Shown: positions 49,196 through 61,705, numbered from the stretch's first letter. The stretch: 64,000 nucleotides of DNA from Sedimentisphaerales bacterium (GCA_963666285.1 OY762711.1); one strand, 5' to 3'. The notes: generated by a model from the sequence alone, not told the origin. Translations and numbers: made by a program.

Positions 49196-49720
49196 CTATT
49201 CATCATTATCCGAATCGCTGCTTAATTCCTTTAACGCTGAAAGTTCTTTAGCGGTCAAAACTCTATTAATATCCAGAATGATAACAAATTCTTCATCTCG
49301 CTTACCCATTCCTTTGATGAAATCAGTATTTAAACTAGTTCCGATCTTAGGTGCCGGCTCAATATTTTGCGGGTCAATATCTACTACTTCCTGAACCGAA
49401 TCAGCAAGGGCACCAATTTGCAGCATTTCACCGCCCAAATCGATTTCAGCAATGATGATACAAGTATCTACCGTACGTTCAGCTGCTTCCATGCCAAGAT
49501 TTAACCGTAAATCAATAATTGGCACAACATTACCGCGCAGGTTGATTACCCCCTTCATATAATCAGGTGTGCGGGGAATCTTGGTTATATTAACCAAATC
49601 AAGAACTTCACGTACAGCAGTAATTTCAAGGGCAAAATTTTCTTCACCTAAAGTAAAGGTTAAATACTGATTAGTATCAATTCCAACTTCTATCATGCTT
49701 TCTGTTGTCATTTTAAACAC
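49196..49720 (-). CDS. cheW: Chemotaxis coupling protein
   Basis: QYLTF, VREVL, IPRTPDYMKGVINLRGNVVPIIDLR. Confidence 0.97.
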   Translation of the reverse strand: MFKMTTESMIEVGIDTNQYLTFTLGEENFALEITAVREVLDLVNITKIPRTPDYMKGVINLRGNVVPIIDLRLNLGMEAAERTVDTCIIIAEIDLGGEMLQIGALADSVQEVVDIDPQNIEPAPKIGTSLNTDFIKGMGKRDEEFVIILDINRVLTAKELSALKELSSDSDNDE

Positions 49721-49746
49721 TCCTTGTATATATAATTATTATGTTA

Positions 49747-51846
49747 TTATTCAAAATCCCTGTCATCTATATCATCAATATCTGCATCCAGATCATAAGT
49801 AACTCCGCTGACAGAAGCAGGCATACCGGCAATTGCAGGTGCAGGGTCCTTATATTTTGCTCCAGACTGCGTTTTCTTACCTGAAGCAACCTGTCTTTTA
49901 CTATTTGGCATACTGGAATTCAATTTGAAAAACTCTGAAGTGCGAAGCAATTCTTCAGCCTGGCTGGCAAATTCCTCACTGGAAGAAGCCATCTCTTCGG
50001 TTGATGAGCTATTTTGCTGAACAACCTGGTCCATTTGATGAATACTTTGAGTTACCTGCTCAATGCCGGTAGCCTGTTCCTGACTGGCAGTGCGAATTTC
50101 TTCAACCAGATCAGCAGTTTTTTTGACTCCAGGCACAATTTCTTCAAGAAGCTTGCCTGCCTCCTCGGCTATCTCAACACTATCGGTTGATAATGTACTT
50201 ATTTCCTGAGCTGCGTTTTGACTGCGTTCAGCGAGTTTTCGGACTTCAGCAGCAACAACGGCAAAACCTTTGCCGTGTTCTCCTGCTCGTGCCGCCTCAA
50301 TTGCAGCATTCAAAGCCAGCATATTTGTCTGCCTGGATATTTCTTCTATTATATTGATTTTATCGGCAATACTTTTCATGGCTTCAACAGTCTTACTTAC
50401 CGCAATACCACCATTTTCAGCATCGTTTGAAGCTTTCTGAGCTATCGAAGAAGTCTGTTGCGCACTATCAGCATTCTGCTTTACTGTACTGCTCATCTCT
50501 TCCATACTACTTGATATTTCTTCAATACTGGCAGCTTGTTCGGAAGCACCCTGGGCCATCTGCTGTGAAGTCGAACTCATCTGTTCGCTACCAGAAGCAA
50601 TCTGCCCGGAAGCACTCTGTACCTCTGAAGCAAATGTTGTCAGATTCTCGATCATCTCATTAAATGCAGCTACAAGCTTATCCTTTTCTGATCTCTTTTC
50701 TGCTGAAACAGTCAGATTTCCGCTGGCAATCTCTTCTGCAACATGAGTTACCTCATTCAAGGCACTAACTAATGAGTTAATTGAATTCAATAACATGCCT
50801 ATCTCATCTTTACTATTGGATTTTACATCAATATCTAAATCACCATGCGCCAAATCTTCCATAATTTTAACAACACGTTTTATTGGGTTTGTTATTAGTG
50901 AAGCAAGTATCAGTGCAAAGGCAATGCCAACCACTATTGCAGTAATACTTCCACCAATCATTATGCTGTTGGCACGGGTAATGGTGCTTTCCATTTTTGC
51001 TTCCTGATCTGCTCGCAATTCTTCACAAGTCTCAACTACAACTTTAGTAGAATCGACAAGCTCTACGTACAGCTCATCCATCTTAATCTGTAAATTGTTC
51101 CATTTCTTACAGGATTCTACATAATTTACTACTGCTTCAAGAGTTATTTCGACTCGATCTTTACTATCCTTCTGTTCAGTTCTAGTTGAGAGCTCTTTTA
51201 GCAAAACTTGCAAATCACCAAAATGTTTGTACATTTCCTCAGCAAATTTTTCATCTTTCAAATCCATATATTTCATGTTTGCAATACGACCTTTACTGAG
51301 GAGAATGATTGCCTTACTAGTAGAATCTCTTTTCCACAGTTCATTAGCGACAAATTCACTGCTTTTATCACTAAAATCAATTTCACTCTTTACCTGTTCC
51401 TCCTGAAGTTCTCCTGTATATTTAATAACATCAGTAGCCTTAGCAACCATATTGTTATACTCTTTTTGCTGCTGTTCAGCACTAGTGACCCAATCCTTAA
51501 ATTTATTATAATACAGATCGGTATTTTCCTTAACTTTTAATACTTTTTGCTTTTCCTTTGGATCTTCCATTTTTTCATGAAGCTGATCACATTGCTCTAT
51601 CATCGTACTAAGTTTTGAATATACTTCATCCCTATCTATATCTAACCTGTCGGATATATATGATTTAGCGGCCAGCCTGGCAGACTGTAATTCTTTAATT
51701 AAATTGTTAGAGTTATCAGCTCTTTCAACAATTGCAGTAGTGTCACTCATACTTTTAAGGCCTATATAGCCCACAACAGCTGTCAGAAAAAGAACAACTG
51801 CAAAACCTGTAATAATTTTTGTCCTGATTTTCATTTTATTTAGCAT
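49747..51846 (-). CDS. Methyl-accepting chemotaxis protein (helical bimodular-like periplasmic domain)
   Basis: TM-periplasm-[36 protein letters not shown]. Confidence 0.96.
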   Translation of the reverse strand: MLNKMKIRTKIITGFAVVLFLTAVVGYIGLKSMSDTTAIVERADNSNNLIKELQSARLAAKSYISDRLDIDRDEVYSKLSTMIEQCDQLHEKMEDPKEKQKVLKVKENTDLYYNKFKDWVTSAEQQQKEYNNMVAKATDVIKYTGELQEEQVKSEIDFSDKSSEFVANELWKRDSTSKAIILLSKGRIANMKYMDLKDEKFAEEMYKHFGDLQVLLKELSTRTEQKDSKDRVEITLEAVVNYVESCKKWNNLQIKMDELYVELVDSTKVVVETCEELRADQEAKMESTITRANSIMIGGSITAIVVGIAFALILASLITNPIKRVVKIMEDLAHGDLDIDVKSNSKDEIGMLLNSINSLVSALNEVTHVAEEIASGNLTVSAEKRSEKDKLVAAFNEMIENLTTFASEVQSASGQIASGSEQMSSTSQQMAQGASEQAASIEEISSSMEEMSSTVKQNADSAQQTSSIAQKASNDAENGGIAVSKTVEAMKSIADKINIIEEISRQTNMLALNAAIEAARAGEHGKGFAVVAAEVRKLAERSQNAAQEISTLSTDSVEIAEEAGKLLEEIVPGVKKTADLVEEIRTASQEQATGIEQVTQSIHQMDQVVQQNSSSTEEMASSSEEFASQAEELLRTSEFFKLNSSMPNSKRQVASGKKTQSGAKYKDPAPAIAGMPASVSGVTYDLDADIDDIDDRDFE

Positions 51847-51883
51847 CTTACGCCTCCCCCAATACGGGTAGTATGATTCCGAA

Positions 51884-51917
51884 CAGGACAGACAACTTAA
51901 CGATGCTGTCTGTCCTG
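51884..51917. terminator. Intergenic hairpin between MCP genes
   Basis: CAGGACAGACA-12 nt-TGTCTGTCCTG. Confidence 0.5.
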
Positions 51918-51963
51918 CTCACTGAAATAATTATTCACAGCAACCTAACATGGTCGCTTTTAA

Positions 51964-54900
51964 TTAACTAAAATCATCATCATCCACATCATCCATATCA
52001 TCTAACTGGTAATCAATACCATTGTTTTTTGACGTCTTTGAAACAGAATTACTTACGGCACCAACTGGAACTGATACCGGAGCACTAGATTTCACCTGTT
52101 TCTTTGGAACTGATGCAGATCTTTTTGCAACATTATCACTTAGAATAAAGAATTCAGAAGTGCGTAGCAGCTGCTCTGCCTGGCTGGCAAATTCTTCACT
52201 GGTAGATGCCAGCTCTTCAGTTGCGGAGCTATTTTGCTGTACAATCTGATCCTGCTGGTGAATAGCCTGAGTAACCTGCTCTATGCCGGTAGCCTGTTCA
52301 GAACTTGAAGTATTTATTTCTTCAACGAGCTCGGCAGTCTTTTGAATGCCTGGTACGATTTCTTCCAGCAGTTTCCCTGCACGTTCAGCAACTTCAACGC
52401 TTTCTGTCGATAAAGTACTGATTTCCTGGGCAGCATTTTGACTGCGTTCTGCCAGTTTGCGTACCTCAGCTGCTACAACTGCAAATCCTTTACCATGTTC
52501 ACCGGCACGAGCTGCTTCAATAGCAGCATTCAATGCAAGCATATTAGTCTGTCTAGATATCTCTTCGATGATATTAATCTTATCTGCAATACTATTCATA
52601 GCTTCGACAGTACGAGATACGGCATTACCGCCTTCCTGCGCATCGGCAGCGGCTTTTTGAGCAATAGAAGCTGTTTGTTGAGCACTATCAGCATTTTGTT
52701 TCACAGTACTGCTCATTTCTTCCATACTGCTTGATATTTCTTCAATACTTGCAGCCTGTTCTGACGCACCTTGTGCCATTTGCTGTGAAGTAGAGCTCAT
52801 CTGCTCACTGCCAGAAGCTATTTGACCCGAGGCACTTTGCACCTCAGAAGCGAACCTTGAAAGGTTCTCTATCATAGTATTGAAAGCTTCAATCATCCTG
52901 TCTTTATCGGAACGCATTTGAGCACTTACAGTTAGATTACCTCCAGCAATTTCTTCAGCAACACCTGAAACTTCATTTAATGTCCTGACCATATTTGCAA
53001 ATGCTTCAAGCATTCTGTCTTTTTCAGAACGCTTTCGGATATCAACTGTAAGATCACCGACAGCAATAGCTTCAGCATTATCTGCCACCTCATTAAGAGC
53101 ATGCACCAGAACATCTATAGAATTCAATAACATGCCAATTTCATCTTTAGTATCACATTCTACATTCACATCAAGATCACCCTTTGCGAGATCATCCATA
53201 ATCTTAACAACACGTAGAATAGGCCTGGTTATACCTCGGGTAATGAAAAATGACAATACAAGACCAATCAGAATTGCAATCGCCAAACCACCAATCATTA
53301 TCTTAGTTGAGCTTGAAAGATTTTCTGCGGCAGCATTTGCTATTTCTTCCGTATTAGTTATACCGGCATCAGCTGTCGTTTTACATGCTTCAATAACCTT
53401 TTTACCTACAAGTTCACGCTTAGAACCTAAATCGTCAAGAATCTGCCACTGATCGAGAAACGCCACTAAGCCATCGGAATATTTTCTGCCGGCAGCACTT
53501 GTATTTTCAATTTGCTGAATATTAGATTCTTTACGTGTAATCTCTTTCAATTCTGCAAATTTCCCATTAAGATTTGCGAAATTCGCAAGTGCATCACGCA
53601 TTATATCCGGGGACCCCAGAGCCTGGGATTTAAACCCCTTAATCCTGGCATCATTACCAAGATTTACAATTTCATTGACCAAAGTAATCTTTTTATGACG
53701 TTCGTGCAAATCCTTACTCAGCTTTTCCTGCTGTCCCTTCAAGAATAATTCACACTGTGCAACATATTTACCGGCAGAACTATCCATCCCTTTGCGAATT
53801 GCATCAAGCTCTTCAAAGTTTTTTAGATATGCCTGCATAGCAGCAAGGTAATTATCTGCAGCCATTTCAGTATTCTGGATTTCTTTCAGATTAATTTCTT
53901 TACGAGTAATACTGCGCAGCTTAGCTGTAATCTGTTTAATTTCATCAAATTTGCCCATGGCATCTCTCATCATTTGAGGATTTTGTTTTGCCTGTGCCTT
54001 AAAGTTAGCAACTCTAACGGTATTAACTAAATTAATAACGTCATTTACCATGTTAATTTTTTGCATACGTTCAGATAGATCTGCACCTTCTTTTTTCATT
54101 TCTTCGTTCATTGCCTCATTTTGACTGGCAAGGAAATCTCTGCAATTCTGCATATAAACTGCAGCATTCTCATCCATCTTTTTACCGGCTGCACTCATAG
54201 CCCTATCTGTCTCTATATATGACGCCATATTTGCAGAATAGTCAGCAGCAGCCTGCTCAGTTTGATCTATTCGATCAATATCTTCAGCATCTCTGGTAAT
54301 TTTTCTCAATTCTCCAGTATGTGATTTCAAAGCAGCTAAAAGATCAATAGCTTCCTGCATAACACCCATATCATCAGAACCCTGTGCCTTAAAGTTTGTA
54401 ACACGTACCTTTGTACCCAGATTTACAATTTCAGTTACCAATTGCACTTTTTTCTGACGTTCATCCAAATCAACTTTGAAAGCCTGATTTTGCTCATCCA
54501 GGAAATCAAAGCAGTTTTTCATATATGCCGCAGCATTTTCGTCTAGACTTTTGCGTTCATTGCTCATACTTGCAATAGCCTGCTCTGTTTGAGCCATTAA
54601 ATCAGCATATTCATTAACAGCATTTTGAGCATTATCAACCTGCCCCTGCAATGCTTTAAGATTTTTAGCTTCCTTTGCTAGTTCAGCTGCTTCCCCCAGA
54701 TGTGTCTGCATAGCAGCCATTTCTTCTTTGGCCTGAGAATAGAAGCTATCCTTTTCGCTGAGACTGTAGCCGCGCATCTCGTACATAGTTCTGTTGGCCG
54801 AACCTCTAAGATCAACAGCCACTTTAACTTCAGGAATATATTCCTTAGCCAGTATCTGAGATTCTTTTTCAACCACACTCATATTATAGATAGCCAGACT

Positions 54901-54978
54901 GCCTAACAATAAAGCAATGACAATCAAAGCCGTAAAACCCAATGATATTTTGACACCTAACTTAAAATTTTTAAACAT
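51964..54978 (-). CDS. Methyl-accepting chemotaxis protein with tandemly repeated periplasmic modules
   Basis: Two TM, ~530-aa periplasmic region with three repeats, extra HAMP, conserved signalling hairpin. Confidence 0.96.
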   Translation of the reverse strand: MFKNFKLGVKISLGFTALIVIALLLGSLAIYNMSVVEKESQILAKEYIPEVKVAVDLRGSANRTMYEMRGYSLSEKDSFYSQAKEEMAAMQTHLGEAAELAKEAKNLKALQGQVDNAQNAVNEYADLMAQTEQAIASMSNERKSLDENAAAYMKNCFDFLDEQNQAFKVDLDERQKKVQLVTEIVNLGTKVRVTNFKAQGSDDMGVMQEAIDLLAALKSHTGELRKITRDAEDIDRIDQTEQAAADYSANMASYIETDRAMSAAGKKMDENAAVYMQNCRDFLASQNEAMNEEMKKEGADLSERMQKINMVNDVINLVNTVRVANFKAQAKQNPQMMRDAMGKFDEIKQITAKLRSITRKEINLKEIQNTEMAADNYLAAMQAYLKNFEELDAIRKGMDSSAGKYVAQCELFLKGQQEKLSKDLHERHKKITLVNEIVNLGNDARIKGFKSQALGSPDIMRDALANFANLNGKFAELKEITRKESNIQQIENTSAAGRKYSDGLVAFLDQWQILDDLGSKRELVGKKVIEACKTTADAGITNTEEIANAAAENLSSSTKIMIGGLAIAILIGLVLSFFITRGITRPILRVVKIMDDLAKGDLDVNVECDTKDEIGMLLNSIDVLVHALNEVADNAEAIAVGDLTVDIRKRSEKDRMLEAFANMVRTLNEVSGVAEEIAGGNLTVSAQMRSDKDRMIEAFNTMIENLSRFASEVQSASGQIASGSEQMSSTSQQMAQGASEQAASIEEISSSMEEMSSTVKQNADSAQQTASIAQKAAADAQEGGNAVSRTVEAMNSIADKINIIEEISRQTNMLALNAAIEAARAGEHGKGFAVVAAEVRKLAERSQNAAQEISTLSTESVEVAERAGKLLEEIVPGIQKTAELVEEINTSSSEQATGIEQVTQAIHQQDQIVQQNSSATEELASTSEEFASQAEQLLRTSEFFILSDNVAKRSASVPKKQVKSSAPVSVPVGAVSNSVSKTSKNNGIDYQLDDMDDVDDDDFS

Positions 54979-55139
54979 TTTTAAACCCCTTTAAGATTAT
55001 TAAATATAATTAACAGTAACTATATCCTACAAAATAATAATTACTTCATAACCCGCAACTTGAAACCAATTCAAGGCGGTTCCCAATTAACATTCATATT
55101 ATCCATGCACATTCTCTCCAAAATTAAGTTAACAGTAAA

Positions 55140-56666
55140 CTATAATGCTTCCTTTATATTAGATTCATTGGCATATTGTTTCTGCCGCCGACCAATACAA
55201 TCTTTAACGATTTCTCCAATATTGTATGAGCATTTCGCATCCTGCATACACTTTGTACCTGTATCGCGACTGGTAACCCATGTTACCCCAAGATGATCGC
55301 CTGAATAGTCATACATAACCCTTGCATATTCGGCCTGAGGATGATACATAACACTTATTTGCGATAGTAAAAAATCTTCAGCTGTAAGTTTTTCAATAAT
55401 AGCTTGCAGACTATTAAGGTGGCGAGCTATGATCACAAAATGTACATACCTTCTTTCATATTTATAAATATCATACGTCTTGATTTTCTTAACAATAGAG
55501 CCAACAAGGTCTGTAGCATTTCCACCGTAGACATTATCGAGCGGGCTTACATGAGCCAGATAGCCAAATTTACCGGGATAAGATGCAATAACCGCGGTAC
55601 AAGTTGACACACCCATCGTCTGTAGCATTTCATTATTTCTTGCCCTGACAAATTCATCCATGTCCACCTGTCTAACAACCGCATCATCTGAAACAACAGA
55701 TTGATTCTTATCCTCTGTAACATAGGAGTTCTTCAAATATTCAATTATCCGGCCATTATAAAAACCCTGGTGTTGTTTAAAATGTTCTGTAGTAATTTGT
55801 GCTTCATCCATCTTGACAACAACAAGCCATTTTGCGCCAAGAAACTCAACTACTTCAAATGAAGTCAAAACCTTGAATCCACGATAATCAACAACAACTC
55901 GATTTCCAGAGCCTTCCAGAAACTTTGGCTCGATATTACAATCATCCAGCTTAGTTTTTAAGATAGACTCATCACTTACAAAGTTAGACTCGGTCAACAT
56001 GAATCCCTGTCTGTTTACTACAATGGCCTCATTAGTTTCACCAAGACTTTGCGTCCCGGCAAAAAGAGAGTTGATTTTATTTATAGCAAACCTGAGAACA
56101 ATCCATCCAATTTGCGTTCCATCCTTATATGCCGGTTCAACAAAAAAGCTGGTTGGCTCCTGTGACACGCCATAAAAATGGAAATCGACAAATTTTTCAC
56201 TCTCAGGTTTATCCATCAGACATTGAGCCAAAGGAGTATGCTGAAATTTTTGATCAAACAGATTTGTACCACAATCCGGTTCCTTTCGAATACTAAAAAA
56301 TACATCACCACGCATATCTACAAACAATATATCATAAAATGTCAGCCAGTTTCTAATGTAATGCTCCTCAAAAGCATTTTTAACTTCCTGGATTTTACCT
56401 GCAACCTCAGCGGGAGGAACAGTCTCCTTCGACGCTTCAATGTACTTTCTATTTAAATCGAAGAAATTAATCATAACGGTATCTGTTCTGACATTCTGAG
56501 CCTGCTGATGGATGCGGTCGCAAAAATCACATAACTGTTTTACTTTAATATCACGCACACCGTCCAGGTGAATATATGCCCAATCATACGGCCCCTTATC
56601 CGCCATAGCTACCAGCTTACTCACACATAAAAATAGCACAAAAATCACATTTAGATATAATTTCAT
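55140..56666 (-). CDS. Exported Cache-domain protein with C-terminal CheD-like (Cys/His deamidase fold) domain
   Basis: Signal peptide; YDILFVD..GDVFFS..E.D.GTNL, GETNEAIVV, DYRGFKVL..W..VVKMD.A (dCache); VDMDEF..LQTMGVSTCTAV..GYLAH. Confidence 0.7.
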   Translation of the reverse strand: MKLYLNVIFVLFLCVSKLVAMADKGPYDWAYIHLDGVRDIKVKQLCDFCDRIHQQAQNVRTDTVMINFFDLNRKYIEASKETVPPAEVAGKIQEVKNAFEEHYIRNWLTFYDILFVDMRGDVFFSIRKEPDCGTNLFDQKFQHTPLAQCLMDKPESEKFVDFHFYGVSQEPTSFFVEPAYKDGTQIGWIVLRFAINKINSLFAGTQSLGETNEAIVVNRQGFMLTESNFVSDESILKTKLDDCNIEPKFLEGSGNRVVVDYRGFKVLTSFEVVEFLGAKWLVVVKMDEAQITTEHFKQHQGFYNGRIIEYLKNSYVTEDKNQSVVSDDAVVRQVDMDEFVRARNNEMLQTMGVSTCTAVIASYPGKFGYLAHVSPLDNVYGGNATDLVGSIVKKIKTYDIYKYERRYVHFVIIARHLNSLQAIIEKLTAEDFLLSQISVMYHPQAEYARVMYDYSGDHLGVTWVTSRDTGTKCMQDAKCSYNIGEIVKDCIGRRQKQYANESNIKEAL

Positions 56667-56723
56667 TTAATTACTCCATAAGACCTTTTCATAAATTTAA
56701 TCGTAATTGCCATGTCGGCACTA

Positions 56724-59087
56724 TTAACAAAAATCTTCATCGCTAATATCCTCAACATCATTCAGATTGTAATCTATACCTGAATTTGCCGGGACACTAA
56801 CTGGTTGATTATTAACTTTATATCTTTCCGCTTTTGATTCAGGTTTTTTAATGGAAGAATAACTTGCTTGAGTAATTCCTTCCAGCTTGAAAAACTCAGC
56901 GGCTTTAAGTAACTGATTTGCCTGTGCCGCAAATTCTTCGCTGGTAGAAGCAAGCTCTTCAGTCGCAGAACTGTTTTGTTGAACGACAGTATCTAACTGA
57001 TGAATCGACTGCGTCACCTGATCTATGCCGTTAGCCTGCTCATTGCACGAAACGTTGATTTCCTGCACCAATTCCGCAGTTTTCTGGATCCCAGGAACAA
57101 TTTCCCTGAGTAAATGGCCGGCACGCTCAGATATCTCAACACTCTCAGTAGAAAGGGTACTAATCTCCTGGGCAGCATTTTGACTGCGTTCTGCAAGTTT
57201 TCGTACTTCCGCTGCAACAACTGCAAAACCCTTGCCATGCTCCCCTGCACGTGCAGCTTCGATAGCAGCATTAAGAGCAAGCATATTAGTCTGACGAGAT
57301 ATTTCTTCGATAATATTGATTTTATCTGCAATGCTCTTCATTGCATCTACGGTCTGTTCAACAGCCTTTCCACCCTCTTGGCCGTCAGAAGCGGCTTTCT
57401 TTGCAATTGAGGAGGTTTCCTGGGCATTATCTGCATTTTGTTTGACAGTACTATTCATTTCTTCCATAGCACTGGATACTTCTTCCAAAGACGCTGCCTG
57501 CTCAGTAGCTCCTTGAGCCATTTGCTGTGATGATGTACTAATCTGTTCGCTACCTGAAGCTATCTGACTGGAAGCAGTCTGGACATCTACCGCAAACATA
57601 CTTAGATTCTTTATCATATCATCTAAAGCTTCCATAAGTACATCTTCATCTGATCGTTTGTCAGCATTTACTGTAAGATTTCCAATGGATATTTCCTTAG
57701 CTAACTCAGAAACATTCAGCATCGCATCAACAAGCTCTTTTAAGGAATTACCAAGTTGATCAAAAACTTCTTTTACTACATGAGTATCTTCATCTGCTTT
57801 ATCAGCTTCATAGTTGATCTTCAAATCACCTATTGCAACTTTACCAAGAGCTTCAGAGAATTTTTTCACCTCATTTTTCTGGAAGGTGTCAATTTTTTTC
57901 ATGCGGTTTTCAGCATTCTTTATTTCTGTTATATCAACTACATATTCCAATGCTCCAATTATATTGCCTTCAGCATCCTTAACAGGTGCCCCGGTGTACA
58001 TAATTGGAATATTCAAACCATCCGGATCACATACAGTTTCACCGGTATTAACTTTACCATCCTGCATTGCCTGATGACAGCGACATTCAGGAGTCTGACA
58101 ATGCGGGGTCTTAAACAGATTATAGCATTTTTCGCCCTGAACCTGTTCCGGAGTTTTACCCATAACTGCAGCACCTGCCGGATTCATATAAGTAACATTA
58201 TAATCTTTGTCAATTGTCATGATAGGAGTCGGCAGGTTATTCATATTATCAACCGACTTCTGGGCTTCTTCCATTGCTTTTTTCACTTCTGTCTGGTCGA
58301 CAACAATCTCAAGCCCCCCAATAACCTTGCCATCATCATCTGTAACCGGAGCTGCTGTATAACTTATTGCCATTGTCTGTCCATTTGGATGTGCAATAGT
58401 TTCAGAACTACAGGTTTTACCTTTTTGCATACATTGACCAATAGCACATTTGTCACTGCGACAATCTCCTGTTTTAAATATATCATAGCATTTTATACCT
58501 AAAGCCTGTTCCCTGCTTAGTCCACCAGCATCACAACCTATTTGATTAAGATAAAGAACATTGAACTCTTTATCTACTATCATCGCCGGTACTGGAAACG
58601 AATCAATATATCCAACAAGAACATCAGAGAGAGTATTTCCACTTTCTATCAGTTGTGCAAATGATCCATTAAATAGACTTGTATCGCCTCTATGACGGAG
58701 TTTCCCGCGTTTGATTGTACTTATAAGAGAATTGAACTCGGATATTGCAGCATTAAAAGTCTGCGAAAGATTACTTAGTTTATGGCCAATTGCACCGAAA
58801 TTATCATTAGATTCAAAAGGAGGAGCTTCGGAAAAGTCGCCTTCATTCATTCTGCCAATAAATTGATCCAATACTGAACATTTTTCATTTAGATCTTTAT
58901 TCAACAGGGTAGCAAAAAAAAGAGAAACTAATAACGACACAACAATTGTCCCAATTGCTGCCGATATTATTATACTATTGCCATTACCAGAAAAATATAT
59001 AATGCCTGCCATAGCGACAACCGGCAAAATTGCAATACATAAAAATGTTAATAACAATTTCTTAGAAAATATAAGCTTACTCCACAT
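56724..59087 (-). CDS. Methyl-accepting chemotaxis protein with two cytoplasmic PAS domains
   Basis: TM hairpin without periplasmic domain, HAMP, two PAS (KCY..C..C), signalling domain. Confidence 0.95.
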   Translation of the reverse strand: MWSKLIFSKKLLLTFLCIAILPVVAMAGIIYFSGNGNSIIISAAIGTIVVSLLVSLFFATLLNKDLNEKCSVLDQFIGRMNEGDFSEAPPFESNDNFGAIGHKLSNLSQTFNAAISEFNSLISTIKRGKLRHRGDTSLFNGSFAQLIESGNTLSDVLVGYIDSFPVPAMIVDKEFNVLYLNQIGCDAGGLSREQALGIKCYDIFKTGDCRSDKCAIGQCMQKGKTCSSETIAHPNGQTMAISYTAAPVTDDDGKVIGGLEIVVDQTEVKKAMEEAQKSVDNMNNLPTPIMTIDKDYNVTYMNPAGAAVMGKTPEQVQGEKCYNLFKTPHCQTPECRCHQAMQDGKVNTGETVCDPDGLNIPIMYTGAPVKDAEGNIIGALEYVVDITEIKNAENRMKKIDTFQKNEVKKFSEALGKVAIGDLKINYEADKADEDTHVVKEVFDQLGNSLKELVDAMLNVSELAKEISIGNLTVNADKRSDEDVLMEALDDMIKNLSMFAVDVQTASSQIASGSEQISTSSQQMAQGATEQAASLEEVSSAMEEMNSTVKQNADNAQETSSIAKKAASDGQEGGKAVEQTVDAMKSIADKINIIEEISRQTNMLALNAAIEAARAGEHGKGFAVVAAEVRKLAERSQNAAQEISTLSTESVEISERAGHLLREIVPGIQKTAELVQEINVSCNEQANGIDQVTQSIHQLDTVVQQNSSATEELASTSEEFAAQANQLLKAAEFFKLEGITQASYSSIKKPESKAERYKVNNQPVSVPANSGIDYNLNDVEDISDEDFC

Positions 59088-59172
59088 GGTAAGATCCCTT
59101 CCGGCTCAATGCCTATTCATATTTTAATTCTATACATATTATTTATGAAGTACGGAATACTTCTTATTCATT

Positions 59173-61287
59173 TTAAACTAAAGCCAGTTCCTCTTCTTTC
59201 CTGGCAGTTTCCATTACACCGGCAACATCAAGAATTAGGGCAACATTACCATCACCCATAATTGTGGCACCTGATATCTCTGTAACATCTTCGTACATTT
59301 TACCTAACGATTTAATTACAGTTTGGTAATCACCAATGATATGATCAACTACTATCCCCATTCTTAAATCATTCATATTAACAATGACTGCTTCTTCAAT
59401 AGAAGAAGCATTACCTGGGATTCCAAATATTTCTCTGAGTCGCACAAATGGAACCATCTCTCCTCTTACTTTTATTAGATTTCTATCTTTACTCAAAGCA
59501 TTAATAAATTCATTCATCTCCAGGCATTCTTCCACTGCACTTACAGGTACAACATATTTATCCCCTGCTACATCAACAAGTAATCCATCAATAATGGCAA
59601 GTGTAAGCGGTAATGAAAGCTGAATGGTAGTACCTGACCCTAGCTTACTGCTAATATCTACTTTTCCTCTAAGAGCTTCAATTTCTCTCTTTACAACATC
59701 CATGCCAACACCACGACCTGAAAGGTTTGTCACTGCCTGAGCTGTTGAAAATCCCGGCATCAATATCAGGCCAAATATTTCTTTATCAGTCATTTCAGCG
59801 TCTGGCGATACCAATCCTTTCTCTATCGCCTTATTTAAGATTCTATTTTTGTCCAGACCTTTTCCATCATCATGAATTGTAATTACAACGTTTGCTCCTT
59901 TATGAGCAGCAGATAATTTAATAGTACCTTTTTGCGACTTACCTGCTGCTGATCTTTCTGCGGGAATTTCTATGCCGTGATCCATACTATTTCTAATCAA
60001 ATGTACAAGAGGATCGGATAAACGCTCTATAACAGTTTTATCCATTTCTGTTTCAGCACCTTCAGTTATTAAGTCAACATCTTTATGCAACTCTGTGCAA
60101 AGATCTCTTACCAACCTGCGAAAACGATTGAACTGGCTCCCAATAGGCATCATTCGAATATTCAGCACGCTATCACGAAGCTCACCCGTCAGACGCTCAA
60201 CCTCTTCAACCGGCTTCGTTAATTCAGCTAGTGCATTATCAGCAGATATTTCAGACAATTGTGCCTGAGTAATGACAAGTTCACCAACAAGATTTATAAG
60301 TCTGTCTAATTTATCCGAGCTAACACGTACACTTTCCTGTTTTACTGACTCTTTCTTTATTTTAACCTGGCTTTGTTTCTGTAAAGCCTCGGTAATTTTT
60401 CGCTCGGTAACTTTTTGCTCATCAACCAGTATTTCACCCAATTTTTTATCTGATTGTTTTTGTAAATCCAATGCTTTTCCTAATTGCTCATTATTTATAG
60501 CATTTTCATCAACCAGTATTTCACCTAATTTGGGAATCTCCATCTCTGGATCAATATCATCATCTTCAATTTCTTTATTATTGACCTGATCAATCACGAT
60601 GTGGCTTTCACCTTCAACAAAAATAAATACATCTTTAACAGCATCTTTACCTTTTGGAGTTGTAAGGTCAACATCCCAGGAAACGTAACATAATTCAGGA
60701 TCAATTTCATCAAGTAAAGGAATATTGCTTGTATTAACAGATATTTCAGCTACTCCTAATTCACTCAAATCTTCCAGTAATACTGCCGGGTCCATTCCAG
60801 TTGAAAATATTCCAGTTTCCGGCTCAAAGAATATATGGAAGTCTTCAGGCTTTCCCATTGCCTGTGGCTGACTTTCATTTGCCAATTTTTTTGGCTTTTC
60901 TTGAGTATCAGATCCATTACTCATAATCATTTCCAATGCAGCAATAATACTTGCATTAGTCTCAAGATCATAAGCTCCACCATCTAACATTGTTTTTATC
61001 TGATCTCTACTGGCTAAAATTAAATCGATTAAATCTTTATTAATTGCAACATTACCAGAACGTACTTCATCCAGACATGTTTCGACATGATGGGTGAAGT
61101 TAGCAATATCATCAAAACCAAACATTGATCCAGAACCTTTAATCGTATGCATTGCTCTGAACAATCGATTAATTGCATCATCATCATTTGGATCATTTTC
61201 AATATCAAGGATACACTCTTCTATCTCAACCAAAAGCTCTTCAGCTTCCTGGCGAAATACTTCACTAAATTGATTTTGCTCACTCAT
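59173..61287 (-). CDS. cheA: Chemotaxis histidine kinase
   Basis: HPT FRAMHTIKG, P2, VRVSSDKLDRLINLVGELVI, HLIRNSMDHGIE, SGRGVGMDVV, CheW domain. Confidence 0.97.
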   Translation of the reverse strand: MSEQNQFSEVFRQEAEELLVEIEECILDIENDPNDDDAINRLFRAMHTIKGSGSMFGFDDIANFTHHVETCLDEVRSGNVAINKDLIDLILASRDQIKTMLDGGAYDLETNASIIAALEMIMSNGSDTQEKPKKLANESQPQAMGKPEDFHIFFEPETGIFSTGMDPAVLLEDLSELGVAEISVNTSNIPLLDEIDPELCYVSWDVDLTTPKGKDAVKDVFIFVEGESHIVIDQVNNKEIEDDDIDPEMEIPKLGEILVDENAINNEQLGKALDLQKQSDKKLGEILVDEQKVTERKITEALQKQSQVKIKKESVKQESVRVSSDKLDRLINLVGELVITQAQLSEISADNALAELTKPVEEVERLTGELRDSVLNIRMMPIGSQFNRFRRLVRDLCTELHKDVDLITEGAETEMDKTVIERLSDPLVHLIRNSMDHGIEIPAERSAAGKSQKGTIKLSAAHKGANVVITIHDDGKGLDKNRILNKAIEKGLVSPDAEMTDKEIFGLILMPGFSTAQAVTNLSGRGVGMDVVKREIEALRGKVDISSKLGSGTTIQLSLPLTLAIIDGLLVDVAGDKYVVPVSAVEECLEMNEFINALSKDRNLIKVRGEMVPFVRLREIFGIPGNASSIEEAVIVNMNDLRMGIVVDHIIGDYQTVIKSLGKMYEDVTEISGATIMGDGNVALILDVAGVMETARKEEELALV

Positions 61288-61332
61288 TGTGCTTTAGCTC
61301 CATTTTAGGATTTTATACCTAATGTTTTACTA

Positions 61333-61692
61333 TTATTTCAGAACTTTCTTCACCACTGCTAATAACTGATCCGGATTGAAAGGCTTTACAATCCATCCTG
61401 TTGCTCCGGCAGCCTTTCCCTCGGCTTTTTTCCCATCTTGAGATTCAGTAGTCAACATTACAATAGGAATGAACTTAAATTCAGACTTGCTCCTTACCTG
61501 TCGGATCAATTCCAAGCCATCCATATTAGGCATATTTAAGTCTGTAATCAGCATATTGATACCATTTATCTTGCTAAGAGCATCTTTGCCATCAATTGCT
61601 TCCACAACATCATAACCTGCCTGCTTCAATGTCATACTGACCATTTGTCGCATACTTGCTGAATCATCTGCTGTCATAATTAGCTTACTCAT
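61333..61692 (-). CDS. cheY: Single-domain response regulator
   Basis: ADDSASMR, TDLNMPNMDG, LTTES, WIVKPF; likely start MSKL at 61692 with GAGGA RBS. Confidence 0.95.
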   Translation of the reverse strand: MSKLIMTADDSASMRQMVSMTLKQAGYDVVEAIDGKDALSKINGINMLITDLNMPNMDGLELIRQVRSKSEFKFIPIVMLTTESQDGKKAEGKAAGATGWIVKPFNPDQLLAVVKKVLK

Positions 61693-61705
61693 TTTTTTAT
61701 CCTCA

